Positions 9,626 through 24,559 of a stretch of DNA of 64,000 bases are shown one piece after another. The notes under the pieces were generated by a model. The model made no database searches. It had not been told where the DNA came from and was given only the letters and a program-made list of their open reading frames with translations. Positions within the stretch are counted from its first letter, which is position 1. The number at the start of each line of letters is the position of its first letter. A program made the position numbers and the translations under genes. The stretch lies in the NCBI RefSeq assembly GCF_009914755.1, contig NC_060939.1; one strand, written 5' to 3'. This DNA comes from the human T2T-CHM13v2.0 reference genome, Homo sapiens.

Positions 9626-12454
9626 GTTTACTACCCAGAGCACACCGTGGGTACATGCTGGAGTAGAGCCTCATTTTATAGATAGAGTGCCAGGCCCAGA
9701 GACCAGATGGATCTTTTCACCTGCAAAACAACAGCTGACCTCCCAAATGGTCCTGGGTGACAGGTCTTAGGGCTACACACATTTTGCAGATGAGGAAACT
9801 GCCATCCAGAAGGACACATGGCTGGTAAGTGGAAGGGCTTGGCCAAGCCCACCTTTTGGGGGTATAACACGTGCTCCAACCACCACTCACACTACAGGGG
9901 TTGGCAGAGCCTGATGGACTTGGTTGACTGTCTCTTCATCTCTGGATCCCAAGCCCCAGGCATGATGCCTGGCACATGGTGGGCTTGCAATCAATATTTG
10001 CTGAATAAGAACTCCAAAGACCAGACGTGCACAGACACATAGCCCCGCCCTCCACCAGATGCAGCCTTTTAGAGATTCAAGCTTGTGAATTACCTCCCCA
10101 ACATGAGGAGCAATTGGTATTTTATGCAAATGTCTGACACCTGAATCTACTCCTCTGACTGCATTCACCTTCTTTACCCAGACTGTAAGTCAGCGATAAC
10201 ACTGTCTCATAGTAAGGGTCCTCAGACACTCACAGGCACCTCAGCCTTAAGGCAGTGAGCTCTGGATGGGGATTCAGAGACCCAGTTCAAACCTAGGTTT
10301 CAACATGAGTGATCTGGTGCTAGGCCCAGCCTCAGTTTCCCCACTTACGTGGTAGAGATGTAGATGCCCTTTCTGTCACTACGCAGCTCCTCCCCTGGCC
10401 TGGGTGCCTCCTCCCAGGGCTCATCACACAGGGTCAAGGAGAGGGGAGGCCTCGCATGATCCACTGTCTACAGAGACCCAGCCGGGCATGCAGGTGCCCC
10501 CCTTCCCCTCTGTGCTCCAGGCTACTGCCTGATTGCCCATGAAAAGAAGGCTTACCTCTGGCTGGAAACGCCTGAGGCAGCGGATTTTGGTGTGAGTAAG
10601 CAATTCCAGGGGCATTAGGGGGAATGCAGGCTCGTCTGGAGCGCATAAAGCTGCACTGGGTTCGATTCAAAAGGAGGAGGAAGCTTGGGCTTTCTCAGGG
10701 GCCAGGCATGCAGCCCCAATATTAAATCCCTGCGAAAGAATGTCTTCATCTTTATGGATAGAGGAAGAGTCAGATGCTTACAAAAGGAGCAAGGGACAGC
10801 AAAGCCAGGTCCAGGAAATCCCTTTCATCCTGCAGAGAGATCCAAACAGCCCAGATCTGGGCCCTCCACCCCACGGCAACCTCTAGGTGAACTTGCTTGA
10901 TTTGAATTTGGGTGCAGGATCCCTTTTCATTTCTGTAATAATTGATATTCATGGCTAGGAGAGAACATAATAGAAAGCAACATCTGTTACTTCCCCATTC
11001 ACAGACTGTTTGCACATATTTTGCTTTATTCAGTCTTTAACCACTTTACAGATGAGGAAACCAAGGCTCACAGAGGTATCTGTCCCTGGCTCAGATCACA
11101 ATCACACTGCTAGCAAAAGCCACCGCCAGACCTCTGGTCAAATAACGCCCATGCTAGGAAGCCCTCCTTGCCCTCGCAACCATGGCCACCTCTGCACTGC
11201 ATACTACATCTGCTGCCACACTTACCTCCCTGCAGTGTAATTCACGTTTATTTGTCTGCCATGAGTAGGAGGATGTGAGCTTCTGGAGGGCAGGGGCTCC
11301 AATTTACTCATCTCCATAGACTTAGCTCTCAGCATAATGTAGGGCCCAGAGCAGGTTAACAGTAAACATCACAGAAAAAATGAATGGATCCTGTGCTCTT
11401 TCCACGGCCCCACAAGACCAGGAATTCTGATGACCAGACAGATAATCACAATGACAATCACAACAACCACAGCCAACATTTGCATCTTGCTTATCAGCAC
11501 TTTGGCACCAGGGGCATATTTTGCAACAACCAAAGGTGCCGACTTTTATTTCCACTAAGTGGACCAGAAGACTGAAGCTCACATAAGCTACAAGCCTTGC
11601 TCAAGCCTCTTTTTCAAGGTCCACAAGGTGGAGAAAAACCTCAAACCCAACCCGTCTAACTCCAAATCCCAAATGCTCACATAACATTCATAAAGCATTC
11701 CTAATCAATAAAACACATACTCATATAGCTCATTATGTGCCAGACAGTGTTCCAAACTGAGTTGCAAACATTAACCTGTCTAATCTTTAAAATGACACAA
11801 TGAAGAATGTACAACTAGCATCATCCCCGTGTCACTTCCTTGGAAACTGAGGCAGGCAGACATTCAGGAGTATGACTTAGGCTGAATACTGCTAAGTGCC
11901 AGAGCTGGGATTTTTCAGGCTGTGTATGCTGTTACCACTCGGCTACACTGCTCTCCTTAAAAGTGACTGTTCCGTGCCAGGCAGTGGGACTCACTTCAAT
12001 TAATCCTCATGATGGTCTCATATTAGCATCTCTAAGTGACAGTCACATAGGTGGTGAGTAGTAGAGTGGAATTTAAACCCAAGTCTGTATGATTCCAGAG
12101 TACAGAATCTTTCCTTCCTACGGCCTTGAGCATACTTCTTGCTTGTTTCGCAGTAGTCCCGGGCTGTGTCCACCACTCCAGATCACACCCCTTGGCTGAG
12201 GCTCAGATGTGCTAGGGTGAAGATGGGGTGGGGCCTGAGGTCTTTGTGGAGCTGAAGTTTCTGAATTAGGAGAGTTAAGGCAGAGCCCTAATTCAGGGGC
12301 ACAGTGGGAGTGGTGGGAGGCTGGGTTATCACTGAACCCTGCAGTCCAGGCTCTGAGGCTCTTTTGCCAGGAGGATGAAGTTGCCTCAATTTGAATACTG
12401 AAGGAGCTTTGGCGGGGTCCCAGTTCCCTGGGTCTGGTACCTCCAGAAGCAGGG

Positions 12455-12582
12455 ATGGCTTCATGGCCTCATGTATAGGAAGGCCCTGGGCTTGGCTAAA
12501 CTCTCTGCTGTTACCATCTTGAAACATGTAATAATTTTTAACAAGGGGACCTGCATTTTCATTTTGCACCAATTATGTAGCC
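12455..12582. mobile_element. MER53-like DNA transposon fragment
   Basis: CTCTGCTGTTACCATCTTGAAA...AATAATTTTTAACAAGGGG...CATTTTCATTTTGCAC. Confidence 0.6.
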
Positions 12583-13021
12583 TATCCTCCCTCTCAGGGA
12601 GGCCTCTTCACTGGATCTTTCATCTGAATCAGCTTCGTGGTTTCCTTATGCTAACCACATATTTGTTTTGTATCCAGGCTGGCTGTATTTGCAGAGGCTG
12701 AGCCCAGAGGATGGCCATGGAGAATGCCTGGGCACTAGGAATAGCACTAGGGTGGAGGCTTTGCCTGTGAGAAGGGATGCTGGTGAGGAAACTGGGGCTT
12801 CAAGTTTAAGACGAAACCACCTGTGTGCTTCTGTAGCTGATCCAGGTACTGAGCCAGGTACAAGAGCTACACAGCAGATGTACAGGAAATGGATATAGTG
12901 CTGTGGATACTGAGAGATCCTCCAGCCTGGAAGTTGGCTGCCCTCAAAATGCATCTCGTTACCATAGCCTTGTCCCTTTGTTCTTGTCATCTTACCAGTC
13001 CCAGGACTCAGTTTCCCCATC

Positions 13022-13084
13022 ATTTTTGTTTGTTTTAGAGATGAGATCTTGCTATGTTACCCAGGCTGCTCTTCAACTTCTGGC
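13022..13084 (-). mobile_element. Severely 5'-truncated Alu/FLAM (~60 bp) with TSD
   Basis: T-tail plus AGAGATGAGATCTTGCTATGTTACCCAGGCTG, flanked by TC(A/G)GTTTCCCCATC repeats. Confidence 0.7.
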
Positions 13085-13461
13085 TTCGGTTTCCCCATCT
13101 TTAATTGCAGAAGGAACGTTGGCACTCAGTACCTGGATGAAAATGTAACTGAGTGCTCACCTGACCAACAGTGGGGCAGAACTGTCTAAGCATAAGAGCA
13201 AAGCACAATTCACTAAAAAAACCAGTTTGATTACACAGACATTACCCATCTGAACATTAAATACAAACTACATAACTAAAAGAATGAGTTATTTAACAAA
13301 TACACATGCTATACATCTGGAAGAAAATAAAGCTAGATGTATAGCCTTACCATATGCAAATATTAATTCTTTCTGGATTAAAGATCTAAATAAAAAAGTA
13401 CTGTAAAAATATTAGAAGTAAAAACTAGAAGCCTTAAGAAATAATCTTGGGATAGTTTGGG

Positions 13462-13768
<307 letters not shown>

Positions 13769-13922
13769 AGGATTGGCCTTCTTAATGCAGAAAGACATAC
13801 CTAGTAGCCATACAGAAAAGATTGTCGATTTAATTATTTAAAAATTTCAAATTAGGTATGGCCAAAGGTAACATAAACATAGAAGAAAGATGAATGGTAG
13901 TTGGAGTATAACTTTTCTATTC

Positions 13923-14083
13923 TGCACTGTCCAATACAGTAGCCATTAGCCATATGTAGCTACTGGATCCTTGCAGTGAAGCTAGTGTGACGGAGGAAAA
14001 GAATTTTAGATTTCATTTAATTTAAGTTAGTTTAGATGTGTATAGCCACAGGTGGTTGGTGGCTGCCATATTGGCCAACACAG
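13923..14083. mobile_element. MER3 hAT MITE
   Basis: Palindromic ends CTGCACTGTCCAATA...TATTGGCCAACACAG and AGCCAC/GTGGCT motifs. Confidence 0.7.
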
Positions 14084-14899
14084 GCCTGAGAGGAAATACC
14101 TAAAACCCATATGACTGACAAAGGGCAATATCCCTAATGATCAAACTCCTCCAAATTGGTAAGAAAAAGACAAACAGCCCAGAAAGAAAAAAAATGGATA
14201 AAGGACATAATGAGGCAACTTCTAGAAGAGGAAATGTAAGTGAAAAATAAACTTCTGCTCAACTCTACCAGTAATCAGGGAAGTGCAGATTAAGACAAAG
14301 CCATTGTTTGTACATCTCATTGATAAAATCTAAGAAGTCAGTCACACCCAGGGTTGGCGAGGGTGTGGAGAAATGGGAAGTCATATGAATTGAATATAAA
14401 TTGCTATAGATTTAGTGGAAAATTATTACAATTGAAGTTGTGCCTACCTTTGATGCAGCTAGCCCACTTCTAGGAATGAGAATAAAAGCAACAGTACTTA
14501 AGAATAGAAGTATAATACATTACAAGACTGTAATAGCCCCAAACTGGAAACAGTCTTAATATTCATCAATAAAGTAACTCGAGGAGGGACTATTCATTTT
14601 CCTTTTCTTTAGAAAGATCCTCAAGTGATTCTGATGGTCAGGTTTTAGACCAACAGAATTAGGTGTACCATAATTAAATTACTCAATTCTCTATTGAACA
14701 TTTAGGTTGTTTTTCAGCTTTTTGCTGTTTTGAAGTATACTTTTGTAGGGAAATCTTGGATGCATATCTTTAATTTATTCTTTAGGATTCAATTCCCAAA
14801 AGTGGAATAGTTGGGTATAAGGGCATGTATATCTTTGAGAGCTTTTCATAAGTATTGCTAATTTATCCTTCTCTGACCTATTTTAGCTGAGTTTTGTTT

Positions 14900-15445
14900 C
14901 TTCATTGTTCTCGCTGTTTCTGTGTAACTAACTGTTGTAAAATTTAGTGGCTTAAATGCCAATACTCATTTATTTTGTTCACAAAGCTGAAATTTCGGCA
15001 GGGCTTGGGAATAGCTTGTCTCTACTCTGTGCAGTGTCAGCTGGGGTGGCTCAACCTGGGACTAAAGGATGAATTTTCAAGATGTCTCATTCACATGGTT
15101 GACAAGTTGGTGCTGGCCATCAGCTGGAAATTCAGCTGGGACTGTTGGCTGGAACATTTAACATGACTTCCTCATGGGGCTACTTGGGCTTCCTCACAGC
15201 ATGGTGGCTGAGTTCCAAAAAACCAGTGTACCGGGAGTACCAGCAAGAATATGTATTACTTTCTATCATGTAGGTTTGGAAGTCAAACAGCGCATCTTCC
15301 ATTTTTGTCACAAATCCAGATTTAAGAGAAAGAAAACACAGACCCCATTTTATTATGGGAGGGATGCCAAAATCACAGAGTAAGAAGACCATGTGGGAGG
15401 GGAGATGTTGTTGCAGTCATCCTTGGAAAACATAATCTGCCATAC
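14900..15445 (-). mobile_element. MLT1-family (ERVL-MaLR) solo LTR
   Basis: AAATTTAGTGGCTTAAA...CCTCACAGCATGGTGGCTG...AATCTGCCATACA. Confidence 0.7.
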
Positions 15446-18400
15446 ATTAATCGTGGCAGCCAAGTTTTACAGCTTCTAAAGAGGCTGACCTCTTATTTTT
15501 TTCAGTTAAATGAGCTTTGAGTTATTAAAATCTAAGCCTATGCCAGAATTTTATACTTTTAACAAGGATTTTAAAGAATTTTAGCAGTTCTAAGTTAAAA
15601 TAGGCAACCTCCATCCAAGTGCTTTCCAACATTCTTTCCTATCATGGCACACACAGAAAATATTTGCCTTGCACATAAAGGTAAACTGGAGGGAATTTTG
15701 GAACATTTAAGGGGCTAGGTGAATAAATTCGTTATATTTTCTCTATAATATATAATTAGGATGAGTGAAATAATAGAAAATATCACAAAAAATACTAAAT
15801 ATTGAATTTATATGAAACTTATAAATAAAAATTATCAAATTTCTTAATGAGAAACTTGAGTTTGCATCTACCTTTTTTAAAAAAATTAGATTTTATACCT
15901 GAAATGTCTCTATGCAATCCCTGATTATGATTTTTAAATTCAATACATACTGACTAGAAATTTTCCCACCCCAGTAAATGATAAAAAATTAAGAACAATG
16001 TTCATCATTGGAAATTATGCTTGGGGAATCAGATGGCCCTTTCTTTTCTTTCTTTGGCACTTGCAACGTTGATATTTCTTTGGATATTGTGAATGACTTT
16101 TGAATCCAGTCAACTTTTCTTTATCAAGTTTTAGAAAATAATCGTAAGCCTCTACTTTGCAAATGTGTATACCTTGGTAGAACAGTCACCCTGAAGATAG
16201 CGGGAATGCCACACAAGCCCCTTGCTGGGGACATAGGACGTGCAAATCAATGTCTTTTCCTCCAGGGACAGAAAAGTGGAACGACTCCAAGCAAATCCCT
16301 TGTGTCCCTAAAGCCCTGCGTCATCTTTCTGGAAAACAGCTGTGCTTATAAAAGTTAAAAAGCAGTGGTGCAGTCTAGCAATTGGACACTAGAGGGTGGA
16401 CACTTGAAACTTTGATTTTGTGATATTCTGGAGGGCACAGTTTACTTTAGCCAGGCCTGTCATTAGCTCAGTCATATACTAAAGATCACAGATACTTCAT
16501 ACAAAGATGTCTCCTATTCTTCGAGGCCTCAGTTGAGAGCCTGGACACATTTGTATGGTAGGAATGTGATAGAGTAAAATACTTTTTATATTCTAAAGGG
16601 TTAATTCATCCATCCACTCATTCATTCATTCATCTGTTTGTTCAGTCATTCTATTACCTATCCAGACATTCATTCAAGAAACATTCACTGAACAGCTACT
16701 ATAATCAGGGTCCTTGCTGGTGCTAGGAGAGAAAAATGATAAGAACCCTCCCTGTCACTGAGACTTTCACAGTTTGGGATAAGAGATGTCTCATAAGTAT
16801 AACAGCAAGCACCATAGAGTGTGATGCCCACTGTGGGAAGACAGAAACTCTGGGATTGTGTGAACTCAGAGGAGGGCACTGGCCAAGGGCTGGTGGCTGC
16901 ACCAAAGGTGTTATGATGTGTGGATGGCCCACCGTCTCCAGATCGTTCTGCCTGAATCCTACACAGTGGGACCCAATCCCTGGGGCACATGCAGGTGGTC
17001 AGGCAACCCTTGGGAATGAAATTCCACAGTGAGAATGCCCCTTCAATCTGTAGGCACCCGGTTCCTCTCCCTCCCTCTCCATTGCCTGGACTCAAATCTA
17101 GGCCCTCCGCCTGGCATTCCTGTCCCTCCCCAGTGTGACTCCAGCTGGCCTTAGCAGCAGGAACTCTCCCTGCTCTGCTCTGCAGCCTCATCTCTGGTCA
17201 CATCTGGGGTCCCTGAGCGTGAGCCTCACCTTCCTGCCTCCAGGTTTTAGAAAACTGAGCCAACAAGTTGCTGTTAGCATAAGTGGTTTATTAAGCAGTT
17301 GCAACTTATTAGGATATGAACATGAAATGAGTTGTTCTGTCCCCTGCCCCATTCCCCACAACTGCCCTGACTGTTTGTTATGCTGTTTCTCTGGGTGGCA
17401 GCTGCCCTAATAATGGTACAGCCTACTTCCAGAAAGTCCAGTCACTTGCAATTCTGAAGTACTCAGCCCTGGTCATTTTTAAATGTTGATCTCATATCTA
17501 TTTAAAGCTTTTCTCCTCGGAGCAGGTCAGATTGGGAGCACTCATTGTTTGGGTTGGAGTCTGGCAGCTGGATTGGGGTGAAGGGCAGGGGCATGGTTTG
17601 CTCTTACTGCCCCCTCCTCTCCCCATCCTGGCACTCTTTCTCTGGAGTAGATGCAGGAGGAGAGAGAGGAGGACAGGTTTTCTTCACATCCTGATTGCAG
17701 TTGATTCTTTCCTGGCCAGCACTGCCAAGCCACCAGCTACAGCCAGGTAGGATCCATTTTCTACCCTCTTAGAGATTGGTGGTTGGAGGTGGTGACCTTG
17801 ACCTTCTGTCTTCCTGGCTGTAGTCCCCATGGCATCCCTTTTTCCAGAGAGTTCCTCCCAGCTCTGGTCATACAGGGGTAGATGAAAGTCTGGAGACCAA
17901 GCAGATACCTAACCAGGGAACCAAATCTAATCTTTTCATTTTGAAAGCACTCCCCCAGATTTAAATGTTTTCTTGGGAGAGACACCCTGTTTCCCACCCC
18001 CACAGGGAAGAGGAGGATGAAAGTCTCTCTTCTCACAAATATAGTGTTTCCTGAATAGTGCCTGTCCCCATGTCCTGTCCTCCTCTCTGTCCAGGGGGCA
18101 AGGTAGGGGGAATTATAGGGCTTAGTCTCCAAAATGGCATCTCTAAATTGACCCTCTTACCCAGTGGCTGACCCCATTGCTGGTGGTGCTCTGGACTTCC
18201 AAAGTGGGGTAGGTGCCACCATTTGTTCCCAAATGTCTCTTTTAGTTGACATTTCAGAGCGACAAGAAAACTCCAACCAGGCACCCTATTACACTGGAAC
18301 ATCCTTTTGTAAAGGGGTCCTCAGGGGCCATTTATGAAGAAGCCAGGACATCATCCCAGGCCTCCCGAGTCAAGGCACGGTGCTCTTGCTCCACGCCAAC

Positions 18401-20585
18401 CATCTCTCTGGGATGTTTGTAACTCAACCACTGTGGTGCTGCAGGAACAAGGTGTGTGAGCAGGGCTGGACTGGGCATGTGGTCATTACCATTATGCTAA
18501 CAATTTGGGCCCCTTTAAAACACTAGTCTTCGCTACTTTTCTCAAAGTTACTTAGAGGAGAGGCTGTGTTTTGACAAGGAAGGGCAGAGAAGAAGGATGG
18601 TCTGTGGCACAGCCTCATCTCTCTTGTATTTCATGCTTTAAATCTGCATAAGCCTCACTAGCAAAATGCACCTTGTCCTTGGAGGGCAATCTCCTGCTGT
18701 TGGAACACTCCCAGGTTCCTGACAGCCTGGGGTAAAAGTGGGGTATGCTTGAGTTCTGCTGTTTATTACAAGATGGCAAGGCACCCCAGCCCCACACTTT
18801 GCAGGGGCCTCTTGGATGTTCTGAAGGCTCCTGTCCATTGGAACCTTGGACTTTGGACTTGATCTGGGGCTAGAAGGGGCTCTTTGTGTGATCTCAGGGT
18901 CTCTGCTTCCCCATCTAAAAAACAGCTGGGTGATTCCTGAAAACTTACAGCCAAAGCCCTGAGGCCCTCAAACTCTGGGCCTCTCTCTTGGTTTCCCTGC
19001 CCTTAACTACAGCCTCCACGTCTGGGCCCCGGACCCTGCCCCAGACCTCGGTCCTCTCTCCCCTGGGGGCTGCTTCGGCCCCCATTTACCTCCAGAACCA
19101 GCTGCATTGAGTGCACCTGTGGCCTGGTGTCCCCCCTGTCTGGTACCCTCACCCCCCAGACATTCTGCCTAGAGTTACTTAGATGCCCTCTAAGACCAGG
19201 CTTAGCAGATCAGCCCCTTCTTCCTCTTCATGTGCTCCATGTCCAAGCCTGACTCTGGGACACCTTTAGCTGGTGACCTCTGGAGTTTTGTGGCCATCCA
19301 ACCTCCAGGCCACTATCTGTGGCCCTAACCTCTAGCCCTGAAGCAGGTCTATTTTCCTGCAGAAGCCCATGATGGGGCAGGGCCACTCACAGCATTGCAG
19401 GGAGCTGTATTGGGTGCTCAGCTTGAGGCTAACACATGCAGTGGCTCTTTAAAACCGGTCCAGCAGCTTGGCCTGCATTCCCGTGCCCTTCTGTGTCTTG
19501 GGATTGTACATTTACCATTCTGTGATAGCTCACATTCTTGATGACATCCTGTAGAACCTCTCATTGCAGAATATCCTGTAGTTCCCTTTGTGATTAACTG
19601 CAGTTAGAGCTGAAATTCTTCAGCCTCCTCATTTGTGTTATTAAGGGCTATAGAGCATTGGAGTTTTCCTTATCTATTGATGTGCCTGCTCAATGGGCAC
19701 CTGCCCTCTAGCAGAGTCCCTTGTACCAAGTTCGGGAGCCTTTGATTCTGATTGCCTGGAGCTGGGACTCTCAGCAGCATGTCTGATTTTCTAGAAGAAC
19801 CCAGACGACAAATCCTTCTGAACTGGGGGTAAATTACCTTTGCAGGCTGACTTTGTTCATCCCTCCTGATAAAGAGTCCTGCTGATTATTGAGATGTAGG
19901 TTGTTAGGGTGACAGGAAAGGCCCTGAATTGGGCAGGGGTGATGAATGGATGCTGAAATGTCTTGGGAAAGCTTTTGCCTCTGAGCTGGGTTCAAAATTT
20001 CTCTTTGACTCTGCTCATAATGCTGGCGACCGTTTTGAGGTCAACAAAGTCTTACGGAGCCACACTGGCCTGTGATTCTCCTGCATTTACCTGGGGGCTC
20101 CAGGCAGAGAGGGCTGTGTTCATTGTCTTAAGACCTCCCATCATCCTTTCCTCTTTCTATCACTTTTTTCCCCTCTTTCCTCAGCTCTCTCTAGGATGGG
20201 GTACCTACCCAGGAGAGTGTATATTCCAGCTTCCCATTCCCTGTTCTTTGGTTGCAGTTTCAGATATCCCGCAGCGTCCAGATGCGGGGAGCCTGCTAAG
20301 GGAGCCTCCCGAATCAGCCCTGAGTAAGGAGTGTTTTTCTCAACCCCTCTGCAAACATCACCAGTCCTGAGAGGTGGATTATTCTGTGTGAGTGTGCCAC
20401 GTATATTTAGTCCTTTCCATTCTGCATCCTAGCAGGAGGATGGGGCACTTTGGCAACCTCTGCCTCTCTGACTAGTCTTCTCTCTGGTCCCCCTTCCCCC
20501 TGCCCCACGGACTGTGATTCCCACCAGCCCTAGGACCTGCAGGAGCCCAGCCAGCCCTAAATGCCTTCTCTTTAATGACCTGCAG

Positions 20586-20601
20586 TGTTGCCATGGCAAC
20601 A
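20586..20601. promoter_or_regulatory. Perfect RFX X-box palindrome
   Basis: TGTTGCCATGGCAACA, a 16-bp palindrome containing the RFX consensus GTTGCCATGGCAAC, in apparently unique sequence. Confidence 0.65.
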
Positions 20602-21664
20602 AGAGATTGTTTTAACCCCAAAATTGTCTTCATTAAGCTTCATTTGGAAACTGCTTGAGCTGGAGTCTGCAAGCTGCATCTTTAGGCAAGTCCTATAACA
20701 TCAAAGAGTCTCTTTGGGTGGGACTCAAAATTGAAAACCGTCAGCCAGAGCTTCTAAGAAAATCCACCTAGACAGAGGGCCCTTATTTTGGGGGAGGGAA
20801 ATTTGGGAACATTTCTGTTGTCGAAGCAGCTTCTCTAGGCAACATTTCATGAATCTGCATACAGCAGGTGCCCTATTGATGCTGGTTGACTTGAGTGGGC
20901 TGGCCTTGAGCACTAGCCCGCCTTCTCCATTGATTTCCCAGAAGCGATTAGGGCGTCCCCACCCTTAATTAGTCAGCCAGCTAGATGCCAGTGACTACAC
21001 CAGGCACTGAAGCGGGGCTGCAATAAAGCAGGCAGGAATCCCGCCCTCAAGGGGCTTAGGGCAGTGGGAGAGTGAGGGCATGACTCCATGGCCTGCACAG
21101 AAGGCCAAAAACTTCAAGAAGCTTCCAGAAAAAGCATAGCTCCTAGTGGGACCCTCCCCTGCTTAGAATATTCCATGACGTTCACTGATCATGAGACAGT
21201 CTAAACTCCTCATCTTGTCAATCAAGTTTCTTCAAGCATTGAGTTGTTTTTTTACCCTTTAGTTTCCATTTTTATTTTAGTATACCATTACACAGAAATT
21301 GCACTAATATATAAATGTTATAAGCTGTACACAGCTTATGAATTTGTTCTTTGTATAAACCCCAATTCTTACACACACACGTGCCCATATAGCTGCCGCC
21401 CAGGTCAAGATAAATTTTGAGGGACAGAGTGAAATGGCTCTAGATTATATGCTGTCCTTCCCCCTGCCTTTCAATTAAGTCTAAAAATGATGTGGTTAGG
21501 AACAGACGATGCTTATTCTGGATTCGTTTCACATTTTTTCCTGTAAAAAATGTGGTAAAGACATAACATGAAATCTACCCTCAGATTTTTAAGTGTACAG
21601 TGTAGTTAACTATAAGCCCAATGTTATATAGCAGATCTCTAGAACTTTGTCTTTTTTAAAATAA

Positions 21665-22132
<468 letters not shown>

Positions 22133-24559
22133 TGAGCAACAACTCCCATTCTGCTTCCCCTTTGGCAGTCACGACTCTACTTTCTGCTTCTATGTGTTTG
22201 CCTACTTTAGAGACCTCATGTAAGTGGAATCCTCCAGTATTATCTTTCTGTAACTGACTTGATTCATTTAGCATAATTCCTCCAGGTTCATCCATGTTGT
22301 CGCATGTGGCAGGATTTCCTTCTTTTAAGACTGAATAACATTCCATTGTATGTATATACCACATTTTGTTTATCTATTTATCCCTTGATGAACATTTAGG
22401 TAGTTTCCACCTCTTGGTTATAGTGAATAATGCTGCAGTGAACATGGGAGTGCAAATAGCTCTTTCAAGATCCTGTTTTCAATTCTTTAAATAAATACTC
22501 GGAAGTAGTATTGCTGGATCATATGGTAGTTCTATTTTCAACTCTTTGAGGGACCTCCATACTGTTTACCACCACGGCTGTACCAATTTACATTCCCACC
22601 AACAGTGCACAGGGACTCAAATTTCTCTACATTCTCAACAACACTCATTATTTTCTAATTATTCATTATTTGATCACTAATTATTTGATAATGACTGTCC
22701 TAATGGGTGTGAGATGATGTCTTACTGTGGTGTTGATTTGCATTTTCCTGATGCTTAGTGATAATTAGGTGAGTTCATATACCTGTTGGTCATTTGTATG
22801 TCTTCTTTGGAGAAATGTCTATTCAAGTCCTCTGCCCATTTTTTATATCAGGTTATTTGGTTTTTGGCTGTTGAGCTGTAGGAGTTCCTTATATCCATGT
22901 TTGTACTTTACTGCTACCTCCCTGAAGCAACCTTTTCACTCCTGAGGGAAGTGAGAGATTGAGGTGATGGCCAAATCGCATGGCCAGCAGTAGGGGTGGA
23001 GTTCCACCTCCTTCTTATTAAAGCCCAGGCCATTGTGAGCAAACTTGTCCTTCTAATGGGCAAGCCGAGAAACCTAGAGGCTGGGCACAGGGTGAGGAGG
23101 GTGGGGTGAGGCTGTTCTGGTCCTAGGGCTCCAGTCGATATTGCTGTGCACGTGATCCCAGACAGCTGGGTTTCCTCTTTCCAAGTGCAGTCTACCCAAG
23201 GCTGAACTATTGGAAGCTGTGCAGGGACAGGGCAGCAGCTGTGGAGGAGGAATGACAGAGAAACTGCAATGACACCTTTGATTCCTTGAAAATAAATGCC
23301 TACGTAAAAGGCATGTGTGAAACTCTCAAAGGAGCATATGGCTGGAGGTTGTGCAGCAGGGTTGGGGGCGTGGGGCAGGATTTGGAATACATGGCCATTG
23401 ATGAAGGGTGTTTTCAGGGATGCTGGGGTGGAATGAATAACGGGAAGAGAAACGAGGTTAAGCTAGCATGGCTTGTTCCTGACGAACATGCACTGGTTCC
23501 TAGTAATCACCAAAAGTGCCTAGTAGCTATTAATCTCACAGATAGGTCTGGAATCTTGCTGAAATGGGTATCACATTTGCAGGGCCATAGTGGTAGCACC
23601 CTCCTAAGTCTTTTTTTTTTTGACAAATGGGACGACCACTTAGTAGCAGGGTGGCTTTGCTAAAGTTTCTTTCTGTGTAAAATGGAGATGGTCATAACAC
23701 CTACTTCATAGCGTTTTTGGAAGAACTAACTAAGAGAATCCATCAAAATCCCTTAGCAGTGTGCCTGGCCCATAGGAAGGGCCTAGTAAATGTTACCTAT
23801 TATGATGATTATTGTTGTTATTACTGGTTACTGATAGTAGTTTCATGATCTCACTTGCAAGATTTTAAAATTCCATTTAACAGTTAATGAACTTGATCTC
23901 TGGGCCAGGGACTGTAATAGGCATGGTCAGGGTGGAGAATAGTATAGGACAAGCTTCTTGCTCTATGGGATCACAGGGTCTAGAGCAGGTGATAACTACA
24001 CAGGTAAATATCTTGAATTCCAGGTGGATGGTAATAAACGTTCTGGGACAGAGGAATAAACAGAGAGCAAGGGCTGGGGGCAGAATCCCTGGCCCCACTC
24101 TGGGTGGGGCTGATACAGAGAGTCTACCTGTCTATCTTTTTTTTTTTTTTTTTTTTTGGAGTGACAGTATTTCTGCGTCTCTGCTGATCAAGCTGACGTA
24201 CAGCCAAGCTGCAGCTCACCAGTTTGGCTCAGTTATTTTTGGAATGGTCCTGTAATAGTTTTGCTTATATGAGTGCAGGGAAAGCTTAAAAAATGTCTTT
24301 CCTAACCTACAGTATGCCTCCTGATGTACCCAGAACCACTAATTGGATGCCAAGAGCTTGCTTTCCTGCTGAAGAAAATGTCAGGCTCTAATAATATTCC
24401 ATTATTAGGCCCACATAATTTCCTGCCTGGACAATTCTAACAGCTTCCTCACTGGTCTTCCTGCTTCAGATACATTCCTTATGGCCTATCCTCAACATTA
24501 CTGCAGTGCAATCGCCATTTCTCTACTCAGAGGACTTCAGTGGTTCTTTGTTACGTGGG

